From the NCBI GenBank assembly GCA_964019425.1, contig OZ025795.1, positions 124,001 through 188,000 on the forward strand: 64,000 bases of DNA, in the 5' to 3' direction. Made by a program: the position numbers and the translations under genes. Source of the DNA: Flectonema sp. DT1601 (taxonomy: Eukaryota). Each line of letters begins with the position of its first letter. The first letter of the stretch is position 1. The notes under the pieces are model-generated. The model was not told where the DNA came from and made no database searches. It was given only the letters and a program-made list of their open reading frames with translations. This document shows positions 11,346 to 22,773 of this stretch, in pieces.

Positions 11346-12929
11346 GGGAGAAAATAAAAGTCTGGGGTAGGGAGGTGTGGGCTAATAATCTAATAGATTT
11401 AAACTTACGGTTCGCTGTTTTTTTTTCTCTTTTTCTCCCCCTTTTTCGTGTTAACTTGAACTTTGCCGTAATCAGTTCAGTTTTTTATTTTTTTTGGTTT
11501 TTTTTTTTCCCTTCTTCTATTCAATTCAAATCATTTTAAAGAAAAGGAGGGAAGAGGAGGTGCGGTCTCACAAAAAAAAGAAAAAGAAAACCCGTACAAC
11601 AACCACATCAGGTAATTTAAGCAAGACTCAAATATAACTGAAAAGGAATGAGAATAATATCGTTTCCTAGAAGTTGCACTTTCTACAGAGATCTCCCTCA
11701 ACACTTATCGGTAAGTAAATCACCATCATCTTTGTAGCTCATAGCAAGACAGATAACGTCAAGCGATCAGAGTTTAAGCACATGATGTACTGCACGGTTC
11801 CCATATACAAACAGAGATTCGGTACCTAACACCAAAGTCTGATTGAGTCGGCACATCTGCTTCACATACGCGGGTGTCCAAAGGCAAGCTCGCTGGATGA
11901 TGCATCCGTGCAGTAAAAAAAGCACACAAGTGAGGGGAAAGGGAGGATGGGATAATGTCTAACTTTGTGGGGGTGTACTGTAGTGAGGAGAGTGGGTGAC
12001 GGCAGCATCCTTTACTTTGCTAAAGAAAGGAACAGAAAACTTTCTTTTTTTTTTTTTCGGTTGTTTTATTCCTTCCTCTAGTCAGGAAAAACTCGTGCAA
12101 AACACGTTTGTTTTTCCACATTTTTTTCGTTCTCTTTTTTTTTTCTTGTATTCTTTTTTCTCCCAGTTTTCTGCATTTCATACTGCCACTCACCCTCTGG
12201 GAGTAAACACAAGGCAAAAACAAGGCAATCCATCTGCTAAGAATGCCAACTCTTGATGTGCATTTCTCTCACGTTTACCTATGGCGTGGTAAACCTTTTA
12301 TTGTGTTCACACCCTCTACTCACTCTTTGCTCAATTGAAAATGGAACTTCTGGGGAAGGGATGGGAAATCTAAAAATATAAAAAATTGAGGAAGATAACT
12401 TCGTACCTACACCAAGGGGAGGGCGTCAAACAGATCGTAGCGGTGAAGATTCAAAGTATGAGAGAGAAGGGACTTGTGAGATACGCACAACGGGATGGGA
12501 TCACCAACTGTCCAACTGTGGTTCAAAAACACAGCAAGACAAGCGAGCTACTAATATGGAACTACAGCACTGATGCTAAGTACAAGTATTTGTACGGACA
12601 ACCAAACAACAAATAAAAATGGGAAAAGGGGACGAAGAAGAACAGCGTCACTCGACTACGATCACCCTTTCCTTGTGAGAGTACTTAATCCGTCCGACAA
12701 GGCTGCAAAAATACACAACGAAATGGTTTTCTAACATGTAGACGAAATTATGAACTCACGCCAGCTAAAATGATCTTCTTTAGTGTAACAGTTGGTTGCA
12801 ATAAAAGTTGAAGAAGAAAATCACACAGCAGATTTCACCCTTGAGAAGCTTCCAGCCAATGAAGGCTTGCTATTATTTGTGATAATAAAAAAGCGGCGGA
12901 TTCTTTGAATGAATTAGTAAAAAAGATGT

Positions 12930-14485
12930 CTATGGGCGGGTGTAGGCTGGATCGCGAACGCGAGTTGGGGTATCTGGGGCGCCAAGAATGTGACCAAAAC
13001 TCGATTTCTCGTATGACTCACGACGTTTGTTCATTTGATCAGCTTCCTTGTAGTTCTTCAAAACAAACGGGTGGTACATAATATCGTGAGCACGAATTCT
13101 TGTTGTCTTGTCGTATCTCAAACAATTTTCAATGAGATCGGCAAAGTCAGGATCCGCAATCATCTTTCTAATCGGCTGTGCATTTCTCACTCTGTTCAAC
13201 GACTTGTTAGCGGCAGGAGTTCTGTCATGCATCCAAGTGTGGTCTAAATCTCCCTTTTCGTTGAAGAACTTTCTGTTTTCTGGAAGCATATAATTAGTAA
13301 GGAAGCTTGGGATACTGGCTCCTAGTGTCTTCTCCATTAAACACAAGTGTTCTCTGTTTTCGTGGGTTTCGTATAAAAGACGACCAGTGAACAGTTCTAT
13401 CAAAATACAACCAACTGACCAAATGTCAGCAGCAAACATCCAACCAGCCTGTAAGATGACTTCAGGTGCTCTGTAGTGACGGGTTGAAACAATTGTGTTT
13501 CTACCGTGACGCTCATCAGTGGTTCCTCCAAAGTCAATAACACGAATCTTCGTCTTCGGTGGAAGACTGTACTTACGAATCTGTTTTGTTTAGTTTTACT
13601 TTTATGATACCAATCAAGGTAATCACTTTATAATATTTATCAATAATTATCGGTACTGTATTGACCATGAATGCCGTCTGAAGGGGTCGAATAGGCAAAC
13701 ATGGCTTCGATCAGAACCTTCAACAGGTTGTATGTGTGGATTACTTGAGTGATATATTCATCACGATACTTTCATATTAAAAACAATTAAAGACATACTC
13801 CCATTCTATCAACACTTTCAACAGCTTCTTCAAGAAGGATGTTTTCAGGTTTCAAGTCGGTGTGGATGAGTTTCAAGTGAGCGTGGATGTAGTTAAGTGC
13901 CGCACCCAACTGCCATGCGATGTGAGCTACTTCGTGAATTTTGAAAGTAGTACAGCGGTTGAGGTAATCAAGTAAGCAAAAACCCAACTTTGGGAAGACA
14001 ATGCACATGTGGTTCCCACTTACAGGGTTGTTTGAAAAAAAGTAAGTGCGGTACTTAATGGTTGGGTAGAAGTCAGCCATGTCGTCGAGCTTAATTCGGT
14101 GAAGAATTTGAATTTCAAACTTTGCATCTCTGGTGTACTTTTCAATAGCGCGGACAAGTTTAATTGCAACGTACGCCTTTCTCTTTCTGTCCCACGCTTC
14201 AATCACCTTCGCGAATGTTCCTTCTCCGATAAGATCCAAGATCTTCCATCTGTTTTCAGTTCCTTCAACGTCTTCACCTAAAACAACTTTGTAATGACCT
14301 TCTTCTTTTGATTGAACTGGAGTGTAGGTCTTCTTTGGTTTTTTTTGAATCGCCTGAGCAGATTGCTCTTGCCCACCAGCAGCTTCAGGATGGCTGCTAG
14401 TTCTCTTACCTCCACTTAATCTCTTTTGTTCTCCTTCAGACTGTCCTGTGACTGTATTAAACGAACTCTTTATGATATCAGACAT
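12930..14485 (-). CDS. CLK1: CLK/LAMMER protein kinase, kinetoplastid CLK1 (KKT10/KKT19)-like; exons 14485-13799 and 13580-12930
   Basis: GEGTFAKV, HTDLKPENIL, IDFGG, STRHYRAPE and EHLCLMEKTLG (LAMMER variant). A 218-nt GTATGT...CAG intron (13798-13581) joins the two ORFs in frame. Confidence 0.9.
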
Positions 14486-15105
14486 TTCCTCTCTAGTAAT
14501 AGTTGTCTCTAAAGGGGGGAGGGAAACACAACAAAAGGGGAGACCAAAAGGGCGGTCAATTCCTGAAAAAAGAAAAGTAAAAATAAAAATTTTAAATTTG
14601 TATCTTTAAAAAAAAAAAAAAAAGAAAATTCACTACAAAAACAATAACTGACACTGAAGCAGTTATTTTTGAATATAGTTCGTCTGTTAATTAAGTTTTA
14701 TTATCAACCAATTAAGGGATACGGAAGGAAGCTAGAGAGGAACAAGTTAAAGTATGTGTAGCCTGGCACCGTTTGCGTTGAAAACACACATTTTAAAACG
14801 GACATTAGAGAGGAAAGAATAACAAACTTTCAACAGAACCAATTAAGGAATTGGTTAAAGTTATCCTCATAACATAACACACATACACACACTCCGATGA
14901 GGGTTGTATTACAATTCGACTGCTTGAAGCCCTTTCGAGTACTGGACTAGAATTGCAAGTCTCAGTATTGCGTTCCGTTGCGTGTTATATAGCATCGGTT
15001 GTTAATAAACTTAATATAGGAATTTGTTCTATGTTCTAATTATAAAGTCGGTGTGGGGTAACTTGATACTACGATTAAATATAAGTGTGGGGGGGGGAGG
15101 AAATC

Positions 15106-16818
15106 TTAGCACCGACAACCTGAGCAGTCACAGCCGTACCTGCCTTCAAGAATATCACATCTGTAGCCTCTCGACACCCAGTAGTCACAACTACGTCTAG
15201 AGCATCCATTACTGTCGTAACATCTCCCCCTGGGAACAGGAGTAGGCTGCGGAGCGGGAGCAGGAACAGACGAGCAGGAGTTGCATCCTCTGCAATCGCA
15301 AAAACGGAAATTGCTGCAACCATATCCCCTCACATACCAGTAGTCACAACTACGTCCATAACAACTATTTTGATTGATGCATCCCCCCCGAGCAGGGGCT
15401 GGAGTTGCAGGAGGCGGTGTTGGTGCTTGCGCACTTCCACAATACGTGCACCTTGAGCAATCACAGCGGGTCAAACTACGGCAAGTGTATCCGCTTAAGA
15501 TCCAGTAATCACAACTCGCACCGTAGCAGCCACGTTGATCAGCACATCCTGCAGGAGTGGTTGGGGGAGTTGGAGTGGTTCGGGGAGTTGGAGTGGGTCG
15601 CGGGGTAGGTTGGGCAGTTGGTGCAGGTGGTGACGGGGGAGTGCTTGCATCACAGGGAATATTAAGAATCCTATTTGGAGATCCACGAGAATTAGAAATG
15701 TATCCATTTCCTGCATTAGTGAACAACCAGTTCGTCACGTCCCTTGGTGACGCCGAGGGGTTCTGTCCGAGGTAGGCAGCCATCGCTCCGGCAACGTGCG
15801 GAGATGCCATCGAAGTGCCTGACAATGTCGCAAACGCCGAGTCGTGTGACGCCCCAGCAGACACGATGTTGGAACCAGGGGCAAAGATGTCGGTGCAGGA
15901 TCCCCAGTTTGAAAAAGATGAGCGAGAGTCACTCAAAGTTGACGCGCACACAGTTATAGCTGATGGTGCCGAGGCAGGACTTTGAGAACAGGCATTGGTG
16001 TTGTCATTTCCGGCAGCCACCGCGATACTCACGCCAGCTCTGATCGCTGCTTCAACAGCATCATTCTCAGAACGAGAACGACTTCCACCCAGAGACATGT
16101 TTATAACTGACGGCCTACCACGACGGCGAGCGTTGTCCACTGCCCATTGCATTCCTCTAATAATACTTGTTGTTGTACCAATACCATCATCTCCAAGTAC
16201 TTTTACAGCTATGATCTGTGCCCTCTTAGCGATTCCATAAGTACTCCCAGCTACTGTTCCGGCCACGTGTGTTCCGTGACCTTGGCGATCTGAATTCGAA
16301 GATCCGCTCACGAAGTTGGCACCCCAAGTACATCTTCCACCTGCAAACTCTCGGTGAGAGCAGCGTACTCCAGTGTCGAGGATGTAAGCATCGACACCTG
16401 CTCCCCAATTTGAGTCATGTGAGAAAACCGAACCAACATCTCTCGCTCTATCAACTGTTACTCTCTTCTGACCCCATGAAACTGGTGAGCGCTGACTGTT
16501 CGGACACGACTGCTGTGCCATTCGAACTATGCGAACGGGCTCGTAGTACTCCACCATACCTCTGTCTCCTTTAGCCATCTCTCCCTCAACCCATGCCATT
16601 AATGAAGCGTCTAGTTCTGATTCGACTGCTTCAAATGATTCTCCAACGTTACACGCAGTACCTTTATGAGAAGACATGATTCGATCATTTGATGAAGTCC
16701 TTTTAATACCTTTTCTGTACTTTACCATGTACATACCCTGCACTACATCACCTGTCTGCACTGATCCAGAACTCACTAATGAGAATGCATATCCAAATAA
16801 AAATATTGATATTTTCAT
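15106..16818 (-). CDS. Secreted subtilisin (S8, proteinase K-like) with PT linker and three Cys-rich C-terminal repeats
   Basis: Signal peptide; catalytic triad motifs YILDTG, GHGTHVAG and GTSMASPHVAG; AAGN oxyanion motif. Confidence 0.9.
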   Translation of the reverse strand: MKISIFLFGYAFSLVSSGSVQTGDVVQGMYMVKYRKGIKRTSSNDRIMSSHKGTACNVGESFEAVESELDASLMAWVEGEMAKGDRGMVEYYEPVRIVRMAQQSCPNSQRSPVSWGQKRVTVDRARDVGSVFSHDSNWGAGVDAYILDTGVRCSHREFAGGRCTWGANFVSGSSNSDRQGHGTHVAGTVAGSTYGIAKRAQIIAVKVLGDDGIGTTTSIIRGMQWAVDNARRRGRPSVINMSLGGSRSRSENDAVEAAIRAGVSIAVAAGNDNTNACSQSPASAPSAITVCASTLSDSRSSFSNWGSCTDIFAPGSNIVSAGASHDSAFATLSGTSMASPHVAGAMAAYLGQNPSASPRDVTNWLFTNAGNGYISNSRGSPNRILNIPCDASTPPSPPAPTAQPTPRPTPTPRTTPTPPTTPAGCADQRGCYGASCDYWILSGYTCRSLTRCDCSRCTYCGSAQAPTPPPATPAPARGGCINQNSCYGRSCDYWYVRGYGCSNFRFCDCRGCNSCSSVPAPAPQPTPVPRGRCYDSNGCSRRSCDYWVSRGYRCDILEGRYGCDCSGCRC

Positions 16819-17053
16819 ATTTTATAATCTAGAAAATTGAATTATAATCAGAGGACGGCTTTATCCAAGGGTGGCGTGCTGCCATCCTTCACCTTCAACA
16901 CAGGAAAACAGATTACAAAAAAAAAAAACCAAAAAAAAAAATTCTCATCTACTTTATACTTATCTTTGAATGATAGTTTTCACTATCGTTGCTTTACAAT
17001 ATATATTAGCAATGTGTTAAGTGTTGTTTATGTTAGAAGCGTCCATTTTCGGT

Positions 17054-18154
17054 TTAAATCTCCTCATCTTCCTCAACGCTGCTTTCACTCTCTGGTAGTA
17101 TTCCTTCATCTTGAGTTCCAACGTCAAGCATCCAAATATCATTATTATTCTGTGGAGTGTGTCTACCACCAAAGAGACACAGAACACCAGAAAGAATACA
17201 AATCGAGTGGTAGGCTGTCGGAGGAGGAGCATTTTTAGTAAAAAGAGTCTGCCATTCAGGAGATTGTTGAGACAAGTCGATTACTAAAAGATCAGATAAA
17301 AGATTATTATCTTTTGATAACCCTCCATGGATGAATAGTTGTGATCCGAATGAACAGGCGGCATGACCATAACGTGCAGATGGTTGAGTTCCGCTGTATT
17401 TTAAAGGTTGAGTGAATGTGTTTGTAATGGTGTCGTAAGTGAGTAGTTCTGCTGAAGCAACACCTTCCTCATCCATACCACCAAATATAAATAATCTATC
17501 ACCAACAGCAGTTAGAGTATGAGATGATCTTTTATAAGTTGTTGTAGCTGTCGATATTGACCACGTCATCACTGACGGGTCGAATACCCACATTTTACTT
17601 TCAACAGCCGTACTCCTTCCTCCAAATGCGTATATCTTTTTATTAACTTCTGCTGCGCTGCTGAATGTCACACCACCAGGTTGCTCTCCTTCAGTTTTTA
17701 AAACTGAGACATTTATTTCACTCGGAGCAGTAGGAAGAGTAATATCGTCGTGAATATTTGCTCCAGCAGCTCTCGGCTTTTCAGTGATTGCTATCGTTTG
17801 ATGATTTCGTTTTAATTCTGTCGGATCCCATCCACCAATGATATACATGCGATCACCATCACTACAACAGCATCCTTGTGTTATTGCTTTTGGTATTTTA
17901 CAGGTAACTTCATTCCAGCATGCTGCAGGGTCGAGACCAAGCCTGTATATTTTTTTATCACTTACAACATCACTGTCACCTTGACCACCAACAACAATCA
18001 TAGACGTACCCAGCGTTCCTGACATGTGCATTTCTCGACCTTTAGGACCTGTTCCGTATACAACTTGATTCCATTGTGGGACCATTCCTTCATCTTCACT
18101 TTGACCTTCAGACTGTACCATTTGAGGTGATTGAATTCGATCCGTAGAAGTCAT
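17054..18154 (-). CDS. Kelch-repeat beta-propeller protein
   Basis: Repeated hydrophobic-GG...W motifs (IYAFGG, LFIFGG, PSARYGHAA, LFIHGG). Confidence 0.85.
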   Translation of the reverse strand: MTSTDRIQSPQMVQSEGQSEDEGMVPQWNQVVYGTGPKGREMHMSGTLGTSMIVVGGQGDSDVVSDKKIYRLGLDPAACWNEVTCKIPKAITQGCCCSDGDRMYIIGGWDPTELKRNHQTIAITEKPRAAGANIHDDITLPTAPSEINVSVLKTEGEQPGGVTFSSAAEVNKKIYAFGGRSTAVESKMWVFDPSVMTWSISTATTTYKRSSHTLTAVGDRLFIFGGMDEEGVASAELLTYDTITNTFTQPLKYSGTQPSARYGHAACSFGSQLFIHGGLSKDNNLLSDLLVIDLSQQSPEWQTLFTKNAPPPTAYHSICILSGVLCLFGGRHTPQNNNDIWMLDVGTQDEGILPESESSVEEDEEI

Positions 18155-18389
18155 TTATTTTATTTATAGTTTTCACTATACAACAAGTGTACCTGATTAA
18201 AAGAAGAAGTGATTAGAATTGTTCGTAATCGAGTAATAAATAACAAAAAGTACAATACGATGTGCAGCTGGCTCTACTTCCCCCAAGACGGGGGGTGCAC
18301 GTCGCTAAACGAGTTCTACAAAATAAAATGAATAGGACAGATCATAATAACGTACAATATAAATAAGAAATAAGTTGGGTAATGAAGAG

Positions 18390-21300
18390 CTATCGAAGAG
18401 GGAACTTGTGAAGCCCAGAAACAGTATCTCTGTGAACAACTGATTGGTAGATTGAGTTTTCTTCAAGCTCTTCGAGGTATCTCGAAGCTTCTCGGTACTC
18501 GTGTTGCTCCCAAGCTTTTTGTTGCATCTGCCATTGAGACTCGGCAACACATCGATGGATGTGAGAAGCGTCTCTGTCACGTATAAGAAGCGCTTCATCA
18601 AGATCGAGATCGTTCTCCTTCTGACGAACTGCTCTAAATCGATTCTCAACAACAATTCTCCTCTTTTCTTGTTGAAGTCTCCGTTCGACTTCGCGAAGTT
18701 TTCTCGTGTCGCGTTCTTTTCTCTGGACAATAGCCTTAGCTTCAGCTTCTTTCTTCTTTAACTCTTTTCGGTAAGCCTCCACTTTAGCAAGTCGTTCCTT
18801 TTCTTCTCGGGTTGCTTTTTTGTCAGCTTCCAGCTTTTTTACTCTCTCTTCGCGCTTCTTGAAGTCTTGTTCCTGCCTAAGGGCTCGTTGTTTGAGAGTT
18901 GACATAATTTCTTGATGAGTCGCTTCGTGTTTTTTCATGAGGCATTCCTCTTCGTACTGTCGCAGCTTTAGTTGTCGTTCGTACTCTTGTTCTTTACCAT
19001 GGCGAGCAGCCTCTACTTTGTGAACGTGAACAGTGAAAAGATCAAAGTGTTTGTGTGCTTTATTGGCGTACCTATTCCTATCTTCTTCTATTTGATTGGT
19101 AAGTAATAATGTTCTATTTATGGTATCGAAAACATTTTGTCTTCTTGCTGACTCCACCATCTCCAAACCTCGACGTGTTTCGTCGACAGCATTCAGTTCT
19201 TCTTCTCGTTTTTTCTGTTCTTTCTGACGTTCCATTTTTATACGACGTTGCTCTCTCATGATCAACAGGTTGAAAACATGTTTACGAGAGTGGAATCCAA
19301 GAGCTACCTTTCGTAATACATTCTCAGATTGTTTTCGTAAAACAGAAACTCGTTCGTTAAGAAGACGTAATATGTCAGTAGTTGTAAAGACACTGGATGA
19401 TATTCCAACTTGAAAGTCACCTCGTGGAAGGCTTAATTCCTGCTGTAGCTGTCCACATGCAGATGATGGAGGCGTAGTTGAGTTTTGGTTTTTTAGTAAG
19501 CAGCCATATTTTCTCAGAAAAACTTCAAATTTCTGAATCTTAGGAGCTGTTTGTAATAATCGAATAGTTGGGATCACTCCATTGCAGTGAAGTTGATTCC
19601 GCACCAAAGACCCTTCGAATACCTTCGGAACTTTACGTGAGTTCGGTTTTATACATCTGATCCACAGCGTTTCAGTACTTCTAATGCTGTCCAATAGTAG
19701 CCCAAGGTCTTCTTTAAAAGTTTGAGAAACCAATGCAGCCTGGCTGTATGTTGGTAGTATGCTTTGCATTGCTGACTTGCCTAAACATGTGAGCATTTCA
19801 TCCCGAACAGGAGATTTATTTTTTTGAATAGCATCCTTCACAGTATACATTACAGGTCCAGCATAATGAGAAATTATAAACGAGTCTCTCGGTTGGGAGG
19901 GTTTCGGCTTGTCAAAATGAGGATTTAATTTTTGTCTTCCCAACATGTAGTTTGAGTTTAAGTTTTCTAAAAATTTAGCATCAGATGTTTGCAGTTCTCC
20001 AAGGCTGCATTCGTCTTCTAGTATTCGGAGGATACCTCTTTTTGCTTCTACCAGTTCTAGACAAGAGCTATTGTCATCGAAGCGAGGTATGTCTATTGAA
20101 ACACCTTCGTCTCTGCAACGTTGCTCTAAATCATCAAACATCCTCGTGTTGTAGAAACTTTGAATCTTTTCATTCGCATAGTTTATAAGAAATTGTTCAA
20201 ATTTATTCTCTTTGAAATTTTCAAAACCAAATAAGTCCAAAATTCCTATCTTCGGAGTGTTTCGTGGGACATTTTCCACCTTAAGTGTTTTATTAATCTT
20301 CTCAACAAGAAACGCAAATAAAGATTTATACAAAAATTTTGCAAGACCATCACGCATTGCTGTCGCCTTTGTTATTGATAGTCGCTGTTGTACTTGTGAA
20401 CCTTTTATTGTTATAACTGACGTTGTTAAGAGAGAGATCAACTTCTCACTTGAAATTCCAAATAGATGGGCAGCTGAAACAACTGGAGTCTCATCGACGA
20501 CAGAGACCGAATCATCTTTACTCCCAGTTTTTGTAAATTCAGTATTTAATAAGTGAACAATACCAGCAATTGGTCTCCACAACAAGTCTTCCTGCATACC
20601 TTCATCAATCCCAATTGCTAACAATGCCTGTGTGACTTCTTTAAAGTTGTCATCATCATTAATACCTCCTCCAATCTTATTAGTAGATCCTGGGTTAAGA
20701 CATTTGAAGTCATTCGGTCTTTTGCCTGCTCCTAGTAGTCTGTTTCTCAGCTTCTCTGGTGCCTTGAAAAAGGCGTAAAAACTGTGAAAATTTCTCTCAG
20801 AACTTCCGTGTGATGTTATTCGGGTAATCTCGAGAAGGTAGGTGGAGATTTCAGAACCAGTGATTGAGAGGGTTGTTGGATCGAAGTAAAGAATTGTGTG
20901 TTTACCAAAACGAGATGAATTATCATTGCGGGCAGTCTTCGCATTACCAAAGACTTCAAGAATACAATTCACAGCCATCACACGATCTGCTATCGTCGGA
21001 TCTGATTCAGAAGCGACTGTTAAAAACTTCATCGCTGCTCTTGCTGATTCAGTTTTCCCCGCCCCCGACTCACCAGTTACAATAATAGTACTGGAAACAT
21101 TTGTCTCACACAGACGTCGGTAAGCTTCTCTCGCGAGGTGCCACGGATGTGCTTCAGGGTAGTTGTTATTATTCTCAAGAAGTTTTTTCATCCTCTTTTC
21201 ACCATAAATAGCACCATCACCAGGTATGTTATGAGAGTAAGGATTGACTATGATACAAATATCTTCACCCATTGAAACACAATACTTTTCAGAATTAAAA

Positions 21301-21545
21301 ATATTTTTTATATGTTGAAATGCGAGTGACTCGTGTACATCTGGACTCTCAAGTAAGTCATTCGGTTGAAGGCTAATCGAATCATTGGTGACTGCGAATA
21401 CTTGATCCATTGACAACAATCCGTCTTTACCTTTAATCTTTATTCGTACTTTCTCTCCGGAGCCGGTTGTAGATTCAATCTTCCCAACTAACCATCCCTG
21501 TTCAGAGTCTGTATGGAGAACCAAAGCCCCAGCAGTTAGGGTCAT
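18390..21545 (-). CDS. Unconventional myosin heavy chain (motor domain plus coiled-coil tail)
   Basis: P-loop GESGAGKT, switch I NDNSSRFGK, ERNFH, switch II LDLFGFE, WIRCIKPN; charged helical tail. Confidence 0.93.
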   Translation of the reverse strand: MTLTAGALVLHTDSEQGWLVGKIESTTGSGEKVRIKIKGKDGLLSMDQVFAVTNDSISLQPNDLLESPDVHESLAFQHIKNIFNSEKYCVSMGEDICIIVNPYSHNIPGDGAIYGEKRMKKLLENNNNYPEAHPWHLAREAYRRLCETNVSSTIIVTGESGAGKTESARAAMKFLTVASESDPTIADRVMAVNCILEVFGNAKTARNDNSSRFGKHTILYFDPTTLSITGSEISTYLLEITRITSHGSSERNFHSFYAFFKAPEKLRNRLLGAGKRPNDFKCLNPGSTNKIGGGINDDDNFKEVTQALLAIGIDEGMQEDLLWRPIAGIVHLLNTEFTKTGSKDDSVSVVDETPVVSAAHLFGISSEKLISLLTTSVITIKGSQVQQRLSITKATAMRDGLAKFLYKSLFAFLVEKINKTLKVENVPRNTPKIGILDLFGFENFKENKFEQFLINYANEKIQSFYNTRMFDDLEQRCRDEGVSIDIPRFDDNSSCLELVEAKRGILRILEDECSLGELQTSDAKFLENLNSNYMLGRQKLNPHFDKPKPSQPRDSFIISHYAGPVMYTVKDAIQKNKSPVRDEMLTCLGKSAMQSILPTYSQAALVSQTFKEDLGLLLDSIRSTETLWIRCIKPNSRKVPKVFEGSLVRNQLHCNGVIPTIRLLQTAPKIQKFEVFLRKYGCLLKNQNSTTPPSSACGQLQQELSLPRGDFQVGISSSVFTTTDILRLLNERVSVLRKQSENVLRKVALGFHSRKHVFNLLIMREQRRIKMERQKEQKKREEELNAVDETRRGLEMVESARRQNVFDTINRTLLLTNQIEEDRNRYANKAHKHFDLFTVHVHKVEAARHGKEQEYERQLKLRQYEEECLMKKHEATHQEIMSTLKQRALRQEQDFKKREERVKKLEADKKATREEKERLAKVEAYRKELKKKEAEAKAIVQRKERDTRKLREVERRLQQEKRRIVVENRFRAVRQKENDLDLDEALLIRDRDASHIHRCVAESQWQMQQKAWEQHEYREASRYLEELEENSIYQSVVHRDTVSGLHKFPLR

Positions 21546-21685
21546 TGTGTTGGTCTGACTTGAGAGAGATGAATATCATAATTATTCGCAGTGACTGTAC
21601 TAACATTTATAGCACTCGGATAATCAGCAAAATGGTGGTGTATTTTTTCATAGAAAAGGTGGAAGCTGTGAGCTGTCACCGATAC

Positions 21686-21728
<43 letters not shown>

Positions 21729-21862
21729 GAAATAAGAACGTTATGAGTGATTGTGAATGTAATTCACAATATAAAAAAAAAGGAAATCTGATTTTTTTGA
21801 AATTCAAGTCAAAAAAAAAACAGTTTTTCTATAGTAGTTTATACATGTAAAAGGAACCAAAT

Positions 21863-22501
21863 TTAGATACCCCCAACAGTAATTGTGTTGTATTCTTCTA
21901 TTCTGTGATAGCTTAACTTAGAAAGCGTTGCAGTCGATGATAACTCAGGGTTCTCAAAATCACCTGGAGGATAATTATATCTACAAATAGCTACTCCCCA
22001 CTGCTCTTCCTTTTTGGGAGCACATTCAAGTCCAAAAGCTGACCAGGGAACTAATAACTCAGCCGCCCAAACACCATCGTTGGATTGAACGATGTATTTA
22101 GACTTCGATGATTCCTTCACACATTCAGACCATTTTATATCACCTTTTAGGAACTTGTCTCTGTTTGGAATCTTTATGTCAGTAATAAGACTGTTTGGTG
22201 ATAAATGAATTTCCCAATATTCTCCTTCAAAACCTTCAGTTGTTCTCGTGTGATGAATAAAGAACTCCGCTACTGATCCTTTTAGGTAGAGTTCTTGTTG
22301 ATCAGCTGTTGCTGTTGTAAATGGTTCTTTCTCACAGAAGTAAGAATACATTAACAATCCCTGTTCTGTTTGCTTTACATAACCATGACCACCTTCATTC
22401 GGACCGATTCCACTTCCAGCCCATTTTTGCATTAATTTCATGGGTTCACAGTCCTTGTAAACCACCGGATGCGCACTTCCAACATCGGGAGATAGCGACA
22501 T
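21863..22501 (-). CDS. Carbohydrate-binding family 9-like (CBM9/DOMON-like) protein
   Basis: GSVAEFFI, YWEIHLSPN, WAAELLVPWSAFG, W..AICRY and final YH motifs resemble bacterial CBM9-like proteins. ATG at 22501. Confidence 0.6.
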   Translation of the reverse strand: MSLSPDVGSAHPVVYKDCEPMKLMQKWAGSGIGPNEGGHGYVKQTEQGLLMYSYFCEKEPFTTATADQQELYLKGSVAEFFIHHTRTTEGFEGEYWEIHLSPNSLITDIKIPNRDKFLKGDIKWSECVKESSKSKYIVQSNDGVWAAELLVPWSAFGLECAPKKEEQWGVAICRYNYPPGDFENPELSSTATLSKLSYHRIEEYNTITVGGI

Positions 22502-22773
22502 TTTCAAAAGCAGCTCTGAAAAACAAAAAAAAAGACTACTGACTGGTAGTTAATATGAACATCTCTTATAACTTTCATGATGAGGACATAATTTCCTATA
22601 ATGTCTCAACAGGTAGGCGACAGTTGAAAAACTATTCGCGATACTTTGTTTCTGTACAGTCTGTATGAAAGAAGGCAATATATTAATATAAACTATCACG
22701 TACACTATTCCGTTGGGTACAAAGCAAACAACTAACGCCAGTACGAAGATAAGCTTGAAAGGGAGTGGAGTGG

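Noticed and set aside
1615..15070. Exact 16-mer GGGGTAACTTGATACT shared by two intergenic regions (1615-1630 and 15055-15070)
   Set aside because: Roughly one chance 16-mer match is expected within 64 kb, and there is no third copy or flanking similarity.
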